Below are positions 10,212-20,549 of a stretch of 60,116 bases of DNA, piece by piece (within the stretch, counting starts at the first letter, position 1; every line of letters starts with the position of its first letter). The notes under the pieces were generated by a model, which saw only the letters and a program-made list of their open reading frames with translations, was not told the origin of the DNA and did no database searches. The stretch covers positions 1 to 60,116 of the IMG/VR virus record IMGVR_UViG_3300031974_004257; one strand, written 5' to 3'. Source of the DNA: a virus. Taxonomy: Duplodnaviria > Caudoviricetes. Position numbers and translations under genes: made by a program.

Positions 10212-13200
10212 TTATTTTTTGCTCGACTTATCATCAGAAACTTTTTCATTCAAGGAGCCTAAGGTCTCCGCATACTCCTTGGACAAGTCTGGTCGGAAAC
10301 CAACCTTAGAGCCTATCTTAGCAGTTTCTATCAAAGAACAGAAATCATAAGGCCAGTTATATGTTGGGTCAGATAATGAGTGTTTTGAGATATAAACATT
10401 TTTAGCAAACTCATCTCGATCACCAAGAATCTTATCAGCTTGAGCACTGTTAACTCCCTGAAGTGACATAAACTCTTTAGCGTTATCATAACTCAAGGCA
10501 TCAGGTCCATCAACTTCCTGGATAATCATTTCGCCATAAGTAGCAAGTCCTCTTTCTTTTACCTTAAACACTAGCCACTTTATCTCTGGGAAAAAGCCCT
10601 GCTTACATGCTTTTTCCGCAATGTCCAAAAGATCATACCTAGGGTGTCCATCTCTAGATGCTCCTACGTTTATTTGCTCTTTCAGAACCTCTGGGAATTG
10701 AGTAATTTTTTCTTCTACGTTATCGCCAGGCATGTAGTGATCTATAGAGGAGAAACTAAAAGTTAGCTTTCGAGATAGATCAGGCATAATGTTCTGCCAT
10801 ATGTCAGCTAAATCTTGACGAGTAAGATTGACGGTGTGCTCCATAAGATAAATAACTGGAACCTGTTTAATATCCTCGCCTGAAAGGATTTTATCATAAT
10901 CATCTCCGCCGAACGGATTAATAGTGTTAGGTATATTAGGATAATCCTGTGGCACCATGCCAAGCAACTGCTGTGCTAATACAGGAGGTAATGAATATTT
11001 TGTAAAGTTCTTGCGGAACTCTTTTATTTTTGGACCCAACTCAGTTGGTGATCCCTGTAGTGTTATTAGTTTTGGATCTCCATCTTCATCAAGATAAAAC
11101 GGAAGAGCTAAAATAGCTTCGGACATTGTATTTTCGTTATCTTCTGCTAATTCGCCAAGTCGTTTTGCCTTTTGGGGGTCAAAACCTTTCCTAATAATTT
11201 CATCTGAGTCGAAGCCGCATAAATCAGCCAATGATTTAATCTCTCTTTTTGAATCAATAATAAACGGAGGTATCTTTCTAACTTGAGTGGTGGCACCAGT
11301 ATAAATAGCACTGGATGGACCCGAATAAACAAGTGTACTAATTGTATCATACTCTTCGTCAGTGCCGGTGGGTATATCTTTTATATACAGGTAGACACCC
11401 TCACCATCCGCAGGGGTGATTCCGTATTGGTGCCACACTCCGTTAGTTGAGCCTGTAAATTCGCCTGGAGTAACCGAGGAAGAGAAATTATAATGTGGCG
11501 TGGCTGATCCCGACCTATTCGGGAAGTCTAATATGGGACATTCCCACTTGGTCATGATTGTCCACTTGTTGGGGTCAAATGATTTGTAAGCGGAGCCAGC
11601 AGATGTTGGGAATTCATTACTAACATTCACAGAGGCATCAATATCCATCCTGTTTTGCCATGCCCGGTTCCATTGGTACGCTGGGATGTTATTAGTTTGA
11701 ATCAAAACATTATCCGACGTATAAAATGTTTCTCCAATATTAGAGACATCATAATAGCTTGAACTTTCATTCAAATAATTGACGAAGACTTCGCCTCGGT
11801 TGTTGTTAATAATTTCATCTAAAGTATACTCAGTTTTATCCCCATTGGGCATGAAGGTGATTCTCATAAGAGATGGACCATAATAATATGGTGGAGTAAA
11901 TGGCGCAAACTCACCAAGGTGTTTAGGCCATTCTGGGTATTTATTTGGAACAAAAGATTGTCCTGTACCCCCATTAAATTTAACTAAAAGGCTCTGAGGA
12001 GCCAAATAGTAACCTGTTGCTGTTGCGGGTCCAAAAGCTGCTGGGTTACTGTACAAGTTAAATTGGTCTGTTTTCATTAAACCAATTTCCATCATATAAG
12101 CAGAGTTAGGCTCAATAGTTACAGTTCTTTCCGCACCACCTACTTCTTGAGAGCCTTTAGAAACATTACCAAATTGAGATACAAATTTTGTTAGTTTACC
12201 CGGTGAACCATATTTATTTTCTTTTGTCTTTAAAAAGAATTGAGGCACATTTGCTAAGAAATTTGATATAGCTTTTTTATAAAGATTGTTAGACTCGACT
12301 TCACCTTCAATGAATGAAGCAGTTACGTCTAAGGCAAGAAAAACATTAATATCAGATAAAACTGTTGGAACTACCTTGGACCCATTAGAAGCAGAAGCAA
12401 ACTCAGGATCAACTGCCAGATAATTCTCTGGTGCTAAAATAGATTCAAACGGAAGCTTGGCAGCCCAAAGAGCGGTGTCCATATCGTCAGTCCAGTATGC
12501 TGAACCAGTTTCTATTGCTCGCCGGCGATCAGGAAAAGCAGCAGTTGCTGAACCTCCTCCGAAAGTTTGATATAAGGCTCCGAACAAAGGATATCCAGCG
12601 TCATATCCTGGTATAGAAGAGTCTTGTATTGTTGAGTCCAGGGGCACAAAACTACCAGTGTTTCTATGTGCTCGGCGGATCGGATAGTTAACTGCTACTC
12701 CTGACTTTACAGAGTTATATAAGATACCTGGGGCAAAAAATGGTCGGTGTAAGGCTCGCCACTGACTAGCCGCACCAATATCTGATCCTGTTAAGTTTGT
12801 GTACGGACCATAAGATTGAGAATATAGAGTAGATAACTCTAGGGTTCGATTAGCCGGATAGAAACCTTCATACGGAAGAAGTTTAACAATCGTGTCTGAG
12901 TTCAATTCAAAATGACGAGGATAATCATTAAAAATAAAGTTGACATCCCCCTTATCATATGACATAAACTCAGGTAAAAATTCCATACCCTCAGTAGTCG
13001 CATACCTTGCGTAAAACTGTGGATTAGTTCCGTCAAAATTATCCGTATTAGCCCCGGTGATCTCTAGAGAGGACGATATAGCGGAGAAAACTGTTGCATT
13101 AGATTTAAATTCTGCGACATGTTCACTGATTCGATACTCGGGTATTATGCTGTAATCTTTGCCAACAAGTCTTAATTCGTTAGCCCAATCCTCATAAGTA

Positions 13201-16200
13201 TTAAAGAAAGGATATGCTTGTTCGTTCAGTTCGCCTTTGGATACACCATCTACAAATCGACGTTCTGTGCCAGCCGTCCAGGGTGGTCTAGAGAAAGCGC
13301 CGCCTGGTATCCTGGGCTCTATGTTTCTTGTGCCGTCGGCGAAAGTGCCTGTCATGAACCCAATATTATAAACATATTGAGACGACACGCTATCGGACGT
13401 ATCATAAGAGCTTGTTCCAAAATTATTAGATACATCTGCGTCAGTTATCGTATCGTCTACAGTTCCAATATTTGTGCTCAACAATTCCCCACAAGCAGAT
13501 TGTGCTTGTTCACCAAGAATTACAGCACTGTTTGTAGACCCAGTGCGAAACAAAGCATACTGTTCAGAGAGACTAGACCACAAATAAGAATCTAAAGGCC
13601 AGATAGAAGCTTTGCCGGGACCTGTTAGTTTTGGCGTAAGCACATTATTAGCATTATATGGAAGCTGGTCAGCCAGATCAACAGTGTAACCCTGAGAGTT
13701 TACATAGGGCGTAACAATTCTTGGCTCTTGGGGGTTATCCCTTGCTACAATAGAGTCCGAATAAAAAAGAGTGTCAAAATTAGTATAATAAGTTGTCACA
13801 GGCAATATAAAAGCATCGTCTTTCCAATATGAATTTGTAAAAGAAAGACGTGTTCTGCTACCAGAGACATACGTGTAAATCTCCTTAGGGTAAATTGTTT
13901 CCCCATAAGCAAACATTTTTATCATGCTCACATCATTTAGAGACTTAGATGTGTCATTATTTAGCTGTTCTCGCAACGCCTCATAGGGACGCTTAACTTT
14001 ATTAAGATTAAACTTAATATCGCCGGCTATCTTTCTATTGAGTTCACGATTAGCAAAGCCCATCAATGAGTTGCCGTAACTGTATTTTAAATCAAGAGTG
14101 ATTTTATCTCTAGTCTGTTCGCTAGGTGAACCAATAAATGTCTCAATTTGATGAGACAGTGGCTTATATCTAGAAGTTACTGGAGGCTCTACGAATTGCT
14201 GCGAGTAGAAATTTGTAATTGTGTTTCCTGCTTGGTCAACATGTGTTCTTGTCTTTGTTGAAGCAGCATTACTGAGAGAATCTTTTTGTTGGACCTTTTC
14301 TGGCAACAAGTCATATAGATTATTCTTTTTTAGATTTCTCGCCGAGTTTTTATACTGGGCTCCTAATTGTGCCCAAGGAGCACTATAAGGAGTTCCATAA
14401 TCTGTCCAGATAAAATGAATCAAGCCATCAGATCCAGTGTAAGCTGATTCATTCCAACTCGTACCTATCTGATCTTCTCCGCCAGTAAAACTTGTAAAAC
14501 GCTTGGCTATAGTTAGAGCCACGGCTGAACCCGTTATTGTTGTATTGCCAGCAGCGCCAGCCACAGATTGAGTTAATGATGTGGTGGCAACAGGTATGAA
14601 GCCACCATTGTCAGCATCAATGCTAAGATTTCCATCAAAATTAGCAGTAAAAACCCCAAGCGTAATTTGGCTCGCTATTTCAGCGACTGTTGACAACCCT
14701 TGGATGCCCACCGTGTAGGCTGAGGGCGAGATTTGAGTAACTGTCCCAGGAGTTTTTGCTGTACTATATTCAAACTCCACTGTTCTACCAAGAGTGTCTG
14801 TTATTTCAATAGTTTGATTGTTCCACAAAGCAGGGTCCCCTGTCTGGCACTCTATTTTGCCCGTGGCGGCTTCAGCAGGGACTGGAATTGGCTGACCGGT
14901 TGTGTGGTGAAGAGTTATGTTTTCTGGGTATCTGGAGCGGTTCGCCACATAATTGCTATACGTGCTAGTATCCGAACCAGAGTTGGCAAAAAACCATTGA
15001 GTACTGTCACCAGCAGGTATGGGTCTACTTACAAAATAATTATCGTACACATTACCTGTGACATAAGTTCCTTCAGTCTCTCCGAGTTCTACTCTTTGTG
15101 TCTCATTCCTTTGAGTACTATACACGGCAGCAACAGTTGACCCAGTAGCTTCATAGCCACCAAAGGCTGTGTGAACTGAAAGTTTTTGTAGATATGGATT
15201 ACGAACAGCCAGGTTGCGATAGGGCAAAACACTGTTAGGAGAAAACTGATCAGAAGTGACATCTCTAAACTGTTGTTTTGAATCTGCCTTATCGCCTGGC
15301 GCTGCGAACCTATTGACAAAGATATTTTCATTAGTCTGTGTCGAGGGTTGCTCACGAGGTGCGGGATAGTCAGCAGAGCCTGTTAGTCCAAGTGTTCTCC
15401 GAGACGGCGGAGTTATGAAGTAACTGGGGGCGCTATAGTTGTACTTCTCTGTATTAAAAGCCAGATCCATATTGGTAGAGTTTCGATCGGCAGTCTGTAC
15501 AATGTCATAGCCCTTTAGGTAATTACCTACCACACGCACACTATCAGAGGTGAATAGTGTTTTAATGTTTTTAATGTTTACCGGCGCTTTCGCTCCCGAT
15601 CCTCTCAAATAGTTTCCTTGAGGATTTCCAGCGGTTGGACGATTCATTGTTCGAGATGTGGTAGACCCGCCGCTAAATGCTGGGATGTTTATAAACCCTC
15701 CCGTTACCGAAGTGCCGCCAAAACTTGTTCCGTTATCTCTAGTGCCTTGAAATGTTCCATTGACAGTAACATAGTTGAGCCCAGGTATCCCAGTGTATGT
15801 TGCAACAAGAGGCAAACCATCACCAGAAGCGGCAAGATTTAAACTGTTATAAATTGCTTCAGCAGCACCATCCGCATCAAGTGCATCAGCAATACCTAAG
15901 ACTGTTTTTGTTGAGTTTGCTATATCAACAGCAGAATCAAATGTTGCCGAGTAAGAAACACCACCCAAAGTCAATGTCAGTGTTGTTCCGTCAAGATCTA
16001 CAAATGGATCTACGCCATTATCAACTTCTACAAGAGTTTGTGCCGCTGCGGCAGGACTTAATAAAATATTAAATGATTCTTGTCGCTCGGTGGTTCGAAG
16101 TGGAGCATTATGACGAGCTAGGATTCCGCCAACAAATCGCTCGGTAAAAGGACCCTGCATTGGTATCTCACCATCATATGCCTGAACTCTATCATCATGG

Positions 16201-16772
16201 AGATTAGAAAAGCCTATGCCACCAAAACCATCGGCTGCTAATTGAGCTTGATAGCCAGAGTTAACACTCGAACTGAACAAACTGAAAGGGACTGCCTGAT
16301 CACTAGTATAATTAACTCCGTCAATTGTGACGCCGAACGATACCCGCTTCTTTGTGTTTGGATAAATAATATCTTCTATATCAAGCTCAGGATCAAAAGC
16401 GGAAAATGTTTTGTCTCCGAGGTGATATTTTTTATTAAACGGTTGATTACTTCCACCTTTTATAGCATTATAAAAATCAACATCAAAGTTGTATATTCTA
16501 TGTTGATCATTTATTCTTACGGCTTCTCTTTTGTACGCCTGTCTAGAATAAAGGTTTCCACCCGAGGAAGACAGGGGGGCAAGATAACGCTCTGCTTTAT
16601 CCTTCCACCACATAGCATTATTAGATTCATCCAGATTTACTGGGGCATGATTATATGACCAATCATGCGAGGCTTGTAATCTAAATCTTAATTTGCTTCG
16701 CTGGTTAGAACCACCAATAATCCTCTTTGAGGGATGTGGAGGAGCAGAATTTATTATTATCTTGTTTGCCAT
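10212..16772 (-). CDS. Giant virion structural protein (tail/baseplate), 2186 aa
   Basis: Very long S/T/G-rich ORF in the baseplate module, with two internal ~130-aa G/A/T-rich modules ending in FSGG and FTGG. Confidence 0.6.
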   Translation of the reverse strand: MANKIIINSAPPHPSKRIIGGSNQRSKLRFRLQASHDWSYNHAPVNLDESNNAMWWKDKAERYLAPLSSSGGNLYSRQAYKREAVRINDQHRIYNFDVDFYNAIKGGSNQPFNKKYHLGDKTFSAFDPELDIEDIIYPNTKKRVSFGVTIDGVNYTSDQAVPFSLFSSSVNSGYQAQLAADGFGGIGFSNLHDDRVQAYDGEIPMQGPFTERFVGGILARHNAPLRTTERQESFNILLSPAAAAQTLVEVDNGVDPFVDLDGTTLTLTLGGVSYSATFDSAVDIANSTKTVLGIADALDADGAAEAIYNSLNLAASGDGLPLVATYTGIPGLNYVTVNGTFQGTRDNGTSFGGTSVTGGFINIPAFSGGSTTSRTMNRPTAGNPQGNYLRGSGAKAPVNIKNIKTLFTSDSVRVVGNYLKGYDIVQTADRNSTNMDLAFNTEKYNYSAPSYFITPPSRRTLGLTGSADYPAPREQPSTQTNENIFVNRFAAPGDKADSKQQFRDVTSDQFSPNSVLPYRNLAVRNPYLQKLSVHTAFGGYEATGSTVAAVYSTQRNETQRVELGETEGTYVTGNVYDNYFVSRPIPAGDSTQWFFANSGSDTSTYSNYVANRSRYPENITLHHTTGQPIPVPAEAATGKIECQTGDPALWNNQTIEITDTLGRTVEFEYSTAKTPGTVTQISPSAYTVGIQGLSTVAEIASQITLGVFTANFDGNLSIDADNGGFIPVATTSLTQSVAGAAGNTTITGSAVALTIAKRFTSFTGGEDQIGTSWNESAYTGSDGLIHFIWTDYGTPYSAPWAQLGAQYKNSARNLKKNNLYDLLPEKVQQKDSLSNAASTKTRTHVDQAGNTITNFYSQQFVEPPVTSRYKPLSHQIETFIGSPSEQTRDKITLDLKYSYGNSLMGFANRELNRKIAGDIKFNLNKVKRPYEALREQLNNDTSKSLNDVSMIKMFAYGETIYPKEIYTYVSGSRTRLSFTNSYWKDDAFILPVTTYYTNFDTLFYSDSIVARDNPQEPRIVTPYVNSQGYTVDLADQLPYNANNVLTPKLTGPGKASIWPLDSYLWSSLSEQYALFRTGSTNSAVILGEQAQSACGELLSTNIGTVDDTITDADVSNNFGTSSYDTSDSVSSQYVYNIGFMTGTFADGTRNIEPRIPGGAFSRPPWTAGTERRFVDGVSKGELNEQAYPFFNTYEDWANELRLVGKDYSIIPEYRISEHVAEFKSNATVFSAISSSLEITGANTDNFDGTNPQFYARYATTEGMEFLPEFMSYDKGDVNFIFNDYPRHFELNSDTIVKLLPYEGFYPANRTLELSTLYSQSYGPYTNLTGSDIGAASQWRALHRPFFAPGILYNSVKSGVAVNYPIRRAHRNTGSFVPLDSTIQDSSIPGYDAGYPLFGALYQTFGGGSATAAFPDRRRAIETGSAYWTDDMDTALWAAKLPFESILAPENYLAVDPEFASASNGSKVVPTVLSDINVFLALDVTASFIEGEVESNNLYKKAISNFLANVPQFFLKTKENKYGSPGKLTKFVSQFGNVSKGSQEVGGAERTVTIEPNSAYMMEIGLMKTDQFNLYSNPAAFGPATATGYYLAPQSLLVKFNGGTGQSFVPNKYPEWPKHLGEFAPFTPPYYYGPSLMRITFMPNGDKTEYTLDEIINNNRGEVFVNYLNESSSYYDVSNIGETFYTSDNVLIQTNNIPAYQWNRAWQNRMDIDASVNVSNEFPTSAGSAYKSFDPNKWTIMTKWECPILDFPNRSGSATPHYNFSSSVTPGEFTGSTNGVWHQYGITPADGEGVYLYIKDIPTGTDEEYDTISTLVYSGPSSAIYTGATTQVRKIPPFIIDSKREIKSLADLCGFDSDEIIRKGFDPQKAKRLGELAEDNENTMSEAILALPFYLDEDGDPKLITLQGSPTELGPKIKEFRKNFTKYSLPPVLAQQLLGMVPQDYPNIPNTINPFGGDDYDKILSGEDIKQVPVIYLMEHTVNLTRQDLADIWQNIMPDLSRKLTFSFSSIDHYMPGDNVEEKITQFPEVLKEQINVGASRDGHPRYDLLDIAEKACKQGFFPEIKWLVFKVKERGLATYGEMIIQEVDGPDALSYDNAKEFMSLQGVNSAQADKILGDRDEFAKNVYISKHSLSDPTYNWPYDFCSLIETAKIGSKVGFRPDLSKEYAETLGSLNEKVSDDKSSKK

Positions 16773-16832
16773 TTAATAACTAGTCTCTTTCTTATATCTT
16801 TACAGTGAATGTGTGACTACAAAATTATTTAT

Positions 16833-19800
16833 TCAAGGAAAGTTGCGCCTAAACTCATCTTCCAATTGAGCATTGGGATTAGCCTTCTTTCCAGCCCTAT
16901 CAAGCTCTTCCTGGTCTTGCCCTTGCTGACCTCTGCCTTGAGGTGGTGGGGGTTCACCACTTATGCCTTCGTCCTCTGGGCGACCGTCGCCAGCCCTTCC
17001 TTGAGGGGGTAACTGTACATTACCTGGGTCGCCGCCTACACCGATTAATTCATTGTCTCCCCCGACGTTTCCAGCTATCTCGCCGATGGCTAATCGCCTA
17101 GAGCCACGCCTAGGTTCGCAAAGAATAGGAGGGGCATACTTAATCTTGTTTCTTTCCAGTGTGTGACTCTCAATTATATTTCTAGTATCTGGTGCGTATC
17201 TAGCAGATGCTGGCATAAGCTGATCTAGCATTTGTGTCATAGCATGATCAAGCCACTTGTAATAATCTAGATATTTCTGTAAATCAGGAATTTCATTTTG
17301 AACTTTTCGGAAAAATATTTCTCTTATTTTTTCCATCCTTTTATAGTTCATACGATACTGATTGACTGGTTCACCAATCAAGTTATTAAAATCCTTTATA
17401 GAAGCAAATAAATGTAGCATACGAGTTGAAATACTGCGATACATGCTTTTTTCTATAGCAAAAAATGTATTAGAGGGCTTTTTAAATGCCTTAAAAATCT
17501 GCTGGTCGGTGGATAATATTTTTACCATCTCGCTAGAATTTATGTATTCTGGTGGAACCAACTTATCAGCATAAGAGTATTGTTTCCGTGAAGGTTTTGA
17601 TAGAGCAGTAAAGAAATCTCCTAGTCCAGTATGTTGCCTTAAATTAATATTACTAAAGACACCACCCTGATAAGTAGAAATATAATCAGTTCCAGCCGAA
17701 CCAGACGAGGCATCTAAAGCAATAAACCTACCTGAAGCATCTGATCCTGTTATCTCGGAAAACTCCCAATTAAGTGCCAATGTTTGTATATTGGGAATAT
17801 AAACATTGGCACTTGCTGTTTGAAAGAGATAAGAGTTTCTAGACGGATGTAAAGACCCGTGCGTGTTTATTTGTTTTGCCTGTAAGTCCGCAACTGTTGG
17901 TGAAATGTAATCTGTCCAGTACCGAATACTTGATGCTTTTATATCAGTAGAAGTTAAAGTTGTACCCGTAAAATTATTTCTATGGGCACCTGTATAGATT
18001 CTTTTTGCTAACCCAACAGTTGACGACCCTGAAAGATAGTTTATATCGCTAGAAAGAGTAAATGAGTTGTCTTTCGTTCCGGCGTCGTAGTTGGTTCCAT
18101 AAAACTCTAGTTCATATCCATTTAAAACAACCGAGGAGCCTGTAACTCCGTCAGCAAAAGGGTATCGTTTCGGGCGGACGCTTAAAGAAAAATTCCATCT
18201 TTTATTATCATATACATTACGATAGATGTCAGACTGTAACAAAACATCTCCGGCACGATTTTGAACCACAAAATAAGCGTCTTTTACTTTATGGGCTGGA
18301 GAAGTTACTTCAGCATACTGACCTGGGCTTTTTACAGCATATACCTGAAGACCATAATCACTGGTAGCAGCAGCCCAATTTAAATCGACTGATGTTGGGT
18401 CTGGGTCGTCAGGCGTATGAAAACCAAACAAAGAGGAACTAACCACTTGTGGCATAATGTAGGATAGTGTATCCTGCTGATCCTTGTTTGGAAAGATAAA
18501 ATCGCCCTGTAAAGTAAAAGCATACTCTTCAATTTCGGTAGAGCCACTAATCAATCCTGATGAGTTTGGATTAGAAGAATCATAATACTGATACACGACC
18601 GCATCTGAGTCTGTTACATTTCTTAAAGCAGTGAAATCAACATACCGCTTAGTAGTGACGGATGACTCATAATTACTTGTCAATTCAAAGTCTGTTTGGT
18701 CTCCATAAACATTTAGAGCAAGAATATCCTCACTTACACCCAGGCATCTAATAAAGTTTCTTACTGCCTTTTGATTACCTTTGGATTTAAGAATAAAATT
18801 TAAATTATTATAGACATTTTTGTAGATTGAATTTTTCACATCAATCAATTGTTGATCAAAGTTTATTTGTTCATCTCGTTTCAAAAATTGTGCCAGTACA
18901 TCGGAATTTTCAAAAAGTTCAGGAGTGTTGATACCAAGATTATCAATAAGTCTATCATTGTAAGGAAACTCATCAATAGAATCAGTTAAGCTTCCACTCA
19001 CGTACTCCATGTATTTTATTTTCTTAAGAGCAGTAATTTGATTATATAAAGTATCAAAATAGCCAGAGATGATTTGTGTTAGGCTAGTTAATTCACCTTC
19101 GCCTTGTTCATCTTCTTCTATGATCCAGTTTGGTAGGTAATTAAGCAACCTGGAATTATTAGTAAAATCATATACTGAACCACTCTGTTCATATATTGAT
19201 TTAGTAGATAAATACGTTGGATTGTTTGTCCTAATGATAGGGTCACCACGTTCAGTAATCGATTCTATTTCTAGCTGATCAATTGCTGAGCCCGTATTTC
19301 TGGCGTGGGAAGAGGCATCCGCATAATTTATATAAGTGCCATTTGATATTCTTCCTGAGTAGTCAAGCATAGTCTGGTCTACGGAGGAAGTTTGAGTAAT
19401 ACCTTCATTAAACTTATAATAGACACCCAATGATACGTTGGCATCATATTTGTCGCTGCCGCCCTCAACGTTAGTAAACCAATAGCGTCCAACTTCTTCT
19501 GCGTTTCTTGCTTTTTTCCAGAACCTAAACTCATCTAAAGAGGCAGAAAGTTTACCCGAACCCTCAGGAATAGAGGCAAAAGTGGATGGCTCTTCCCTCA
19601 AAGCGCCAACATTGCCAATCATAGTACCAGTCACTAGTCCAATTAATTTAGCGCCGTCAATACCTACAGCAGCAGAAGCTGTTATTCCTGTTTCAATACA
19701 CGTACCGTTGACATAAAAGTCCACGGACGCAGGCTGCGTAGAGGTGTTGAAAACAAAAGAGAAATTTCTCCATGTGCCATCCGAAATAGTGATTTGATCA

Positions 19801-20549
19801 GCGGTGGAAGGAACAGGGGTCTCAAGAAATCCATTTGTACCCGAGAGCATAGTAACGTGGAACTGTGTTTCCGACCCTGAGTGTATAGCTATTCTTAGTC
19901 TTCCATAATCATCGCTACTAGAATTTGCTGTTTCAACACCGTTAGTCAGGTCAAAAATAGCCATGTTTCTAGATGTTTCAGTAATTCCATTAGGATTTAT
20001 TAGAGTATCCTTTTTCATGAAAAATTCTACAGTAGTGCCATTTGTGCCACCAAACTCTAAATTAGAAGTCCTATCCTTTAACTCGTCAAATTTAGTGTTT
20101 ACATGAGGCCCACCCTTAGCCTGGATATAGTTGGCTGTAGTTACTTCGTCATATTTAGAGGCGTTTGTTCCCGCAACGGTATAAGGAGCGCCAATTGAAA
20201 CAAAACCTGTAGATCTTGGATACTTGACCTCCAACATATATTTTTCCAGAGGATTTATGTCATTGTAAAAATTTGTTTTCTCAAGACCCGAACCGTCGTA
20301 AGGGTAATTAGAAGAAATATACTCGAAGGCGTTTTGGTAGTATTTTTCAGCAGAACCAAACTTAACAAAGTTTTCTGGAACAGAATAATCTATAGGTGGA
20401 AGAAAATACTCATTCCTGTTCACCAGGGCTTTTAAATGGGCCTGTGATTCTACTCCATCACCAATAGTATCGGGAGAACTACTTTTAAGGTATTTACCAA
20501 TAGTAGCTCCGCTTTTATTGTTTTGATATAAACTCTTTAAGCTGCTCAT
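16833..20549 (-). CDS. Baseplate/tail protein with LamG/concanavalin-A-like domain(s)
   Basis: 1238 aa. LamG-type motifs TVEFFMKK, DGTWRNFSFVF, FYVNGT, LDEFRFWKKAR, LGVYYKFNEG and LDYSGRISNG. ILKSKGNQKAVRNFIRCLG resembles wedge-protein motifs. Confidence 0.65.
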   Translation of the reverse strand: MSSLKSLYQNNKSGATIGKYLKSSSPDTIGDGVESQAHLKALVNRNEYFLPPIDYSVPENFVKFGSAEKYYQNAFEYISSNYPYDGSGLEKTNFYNDINPLEKYMLEVKYPRSTGFVSIGAPYTVAGTNASKYDEVTTANYIQAKGGPHVNTKFDELKDRTSNLEFGGTNGTTVEFFMKKDTLINPNGITETSRNMAIFDLTNGVETANSSSDDYGRLRIAIHSGSETQFHVTMLSGTNGFLETPVPSTADQITISDGTWRNFSFVFNTSTQPASVDFYVNGTCIETGITASAAVGIDGAKLIGLVTGTMIGNVGALREEPSTFASIPEGSGKLSASLDEFRFWKKARNAEEVGRYWFTNVEGGSDKYDANVSLGVYYKFNEGITQTSSVDQTMLDYSGRISNGTYINYADASSHARNTGSAIDQLEIESITERGDPIIRTNNPTYLSTKSIYEQSGSVYDFTNNSRLLNYLPNWIIEEDEQGEGELTSLTQIISGYFDTLYNQITALKKIKYMEYVSGSLTDSIDEFPYNDRLIDNLGINTPELFENSDVLAQFLKRDEQINFDQQLIDVKNSIYKNVYNNLNFILKSKGNQKAVRNFIRCLGVSEDILALNVYGDQTDFELTSNYESSVTTKRYVDFTALRNVTDSDAVVYQYYDSSNPNSSGLISGSTEIEEYAFTLQGDFIFPNKDQQDTLSYIMPQVVSSSLFGFHTPDDPDPTSVDLNWAAATSDYGLQVYAVKSPGQYAEVTSPAHKVKDAYFVVQNRAGDVLLQSDIYRNVYDNKRWNFSLSVRPKRYPFADGVTGSSVVLNGYELEFYGTNYDAGTKDNSFTLSSDINYLSGSSTVGLAKRIYTGAHRNNFTGTTLTSTDIKASSIRYWTDYISPTVADLQAKQINTHGSLHPSRNSYLFQTASANVYIPNIQTLALNWEFSEITGSDASGRFIALDASSGSAGTDYISTYQGGVFSNINLRQHTGLGDFFTALSKPSRKQYSYADKLVPPEYINSSEMVKILSTDQQIFKAFKKPSNTFFAIEKSMYRSISTRMLHLFASIKDFNNLIGEPVNQYRMNYKRMEKIREIFFRKVQNEIPDLQKYLDYYKWLDHAMTQMLDQLMPASARYAPDTRNIIESHTLERNKIKYAPPILCEPRRGSRRLAIGEIAGNVGGDNELIGVGGDPGNVQLPPQGRAGDGRPEDEGISGEPPPPQGRGQQGQDQEELDRAGKKANPNAQLEDEFRRNFP

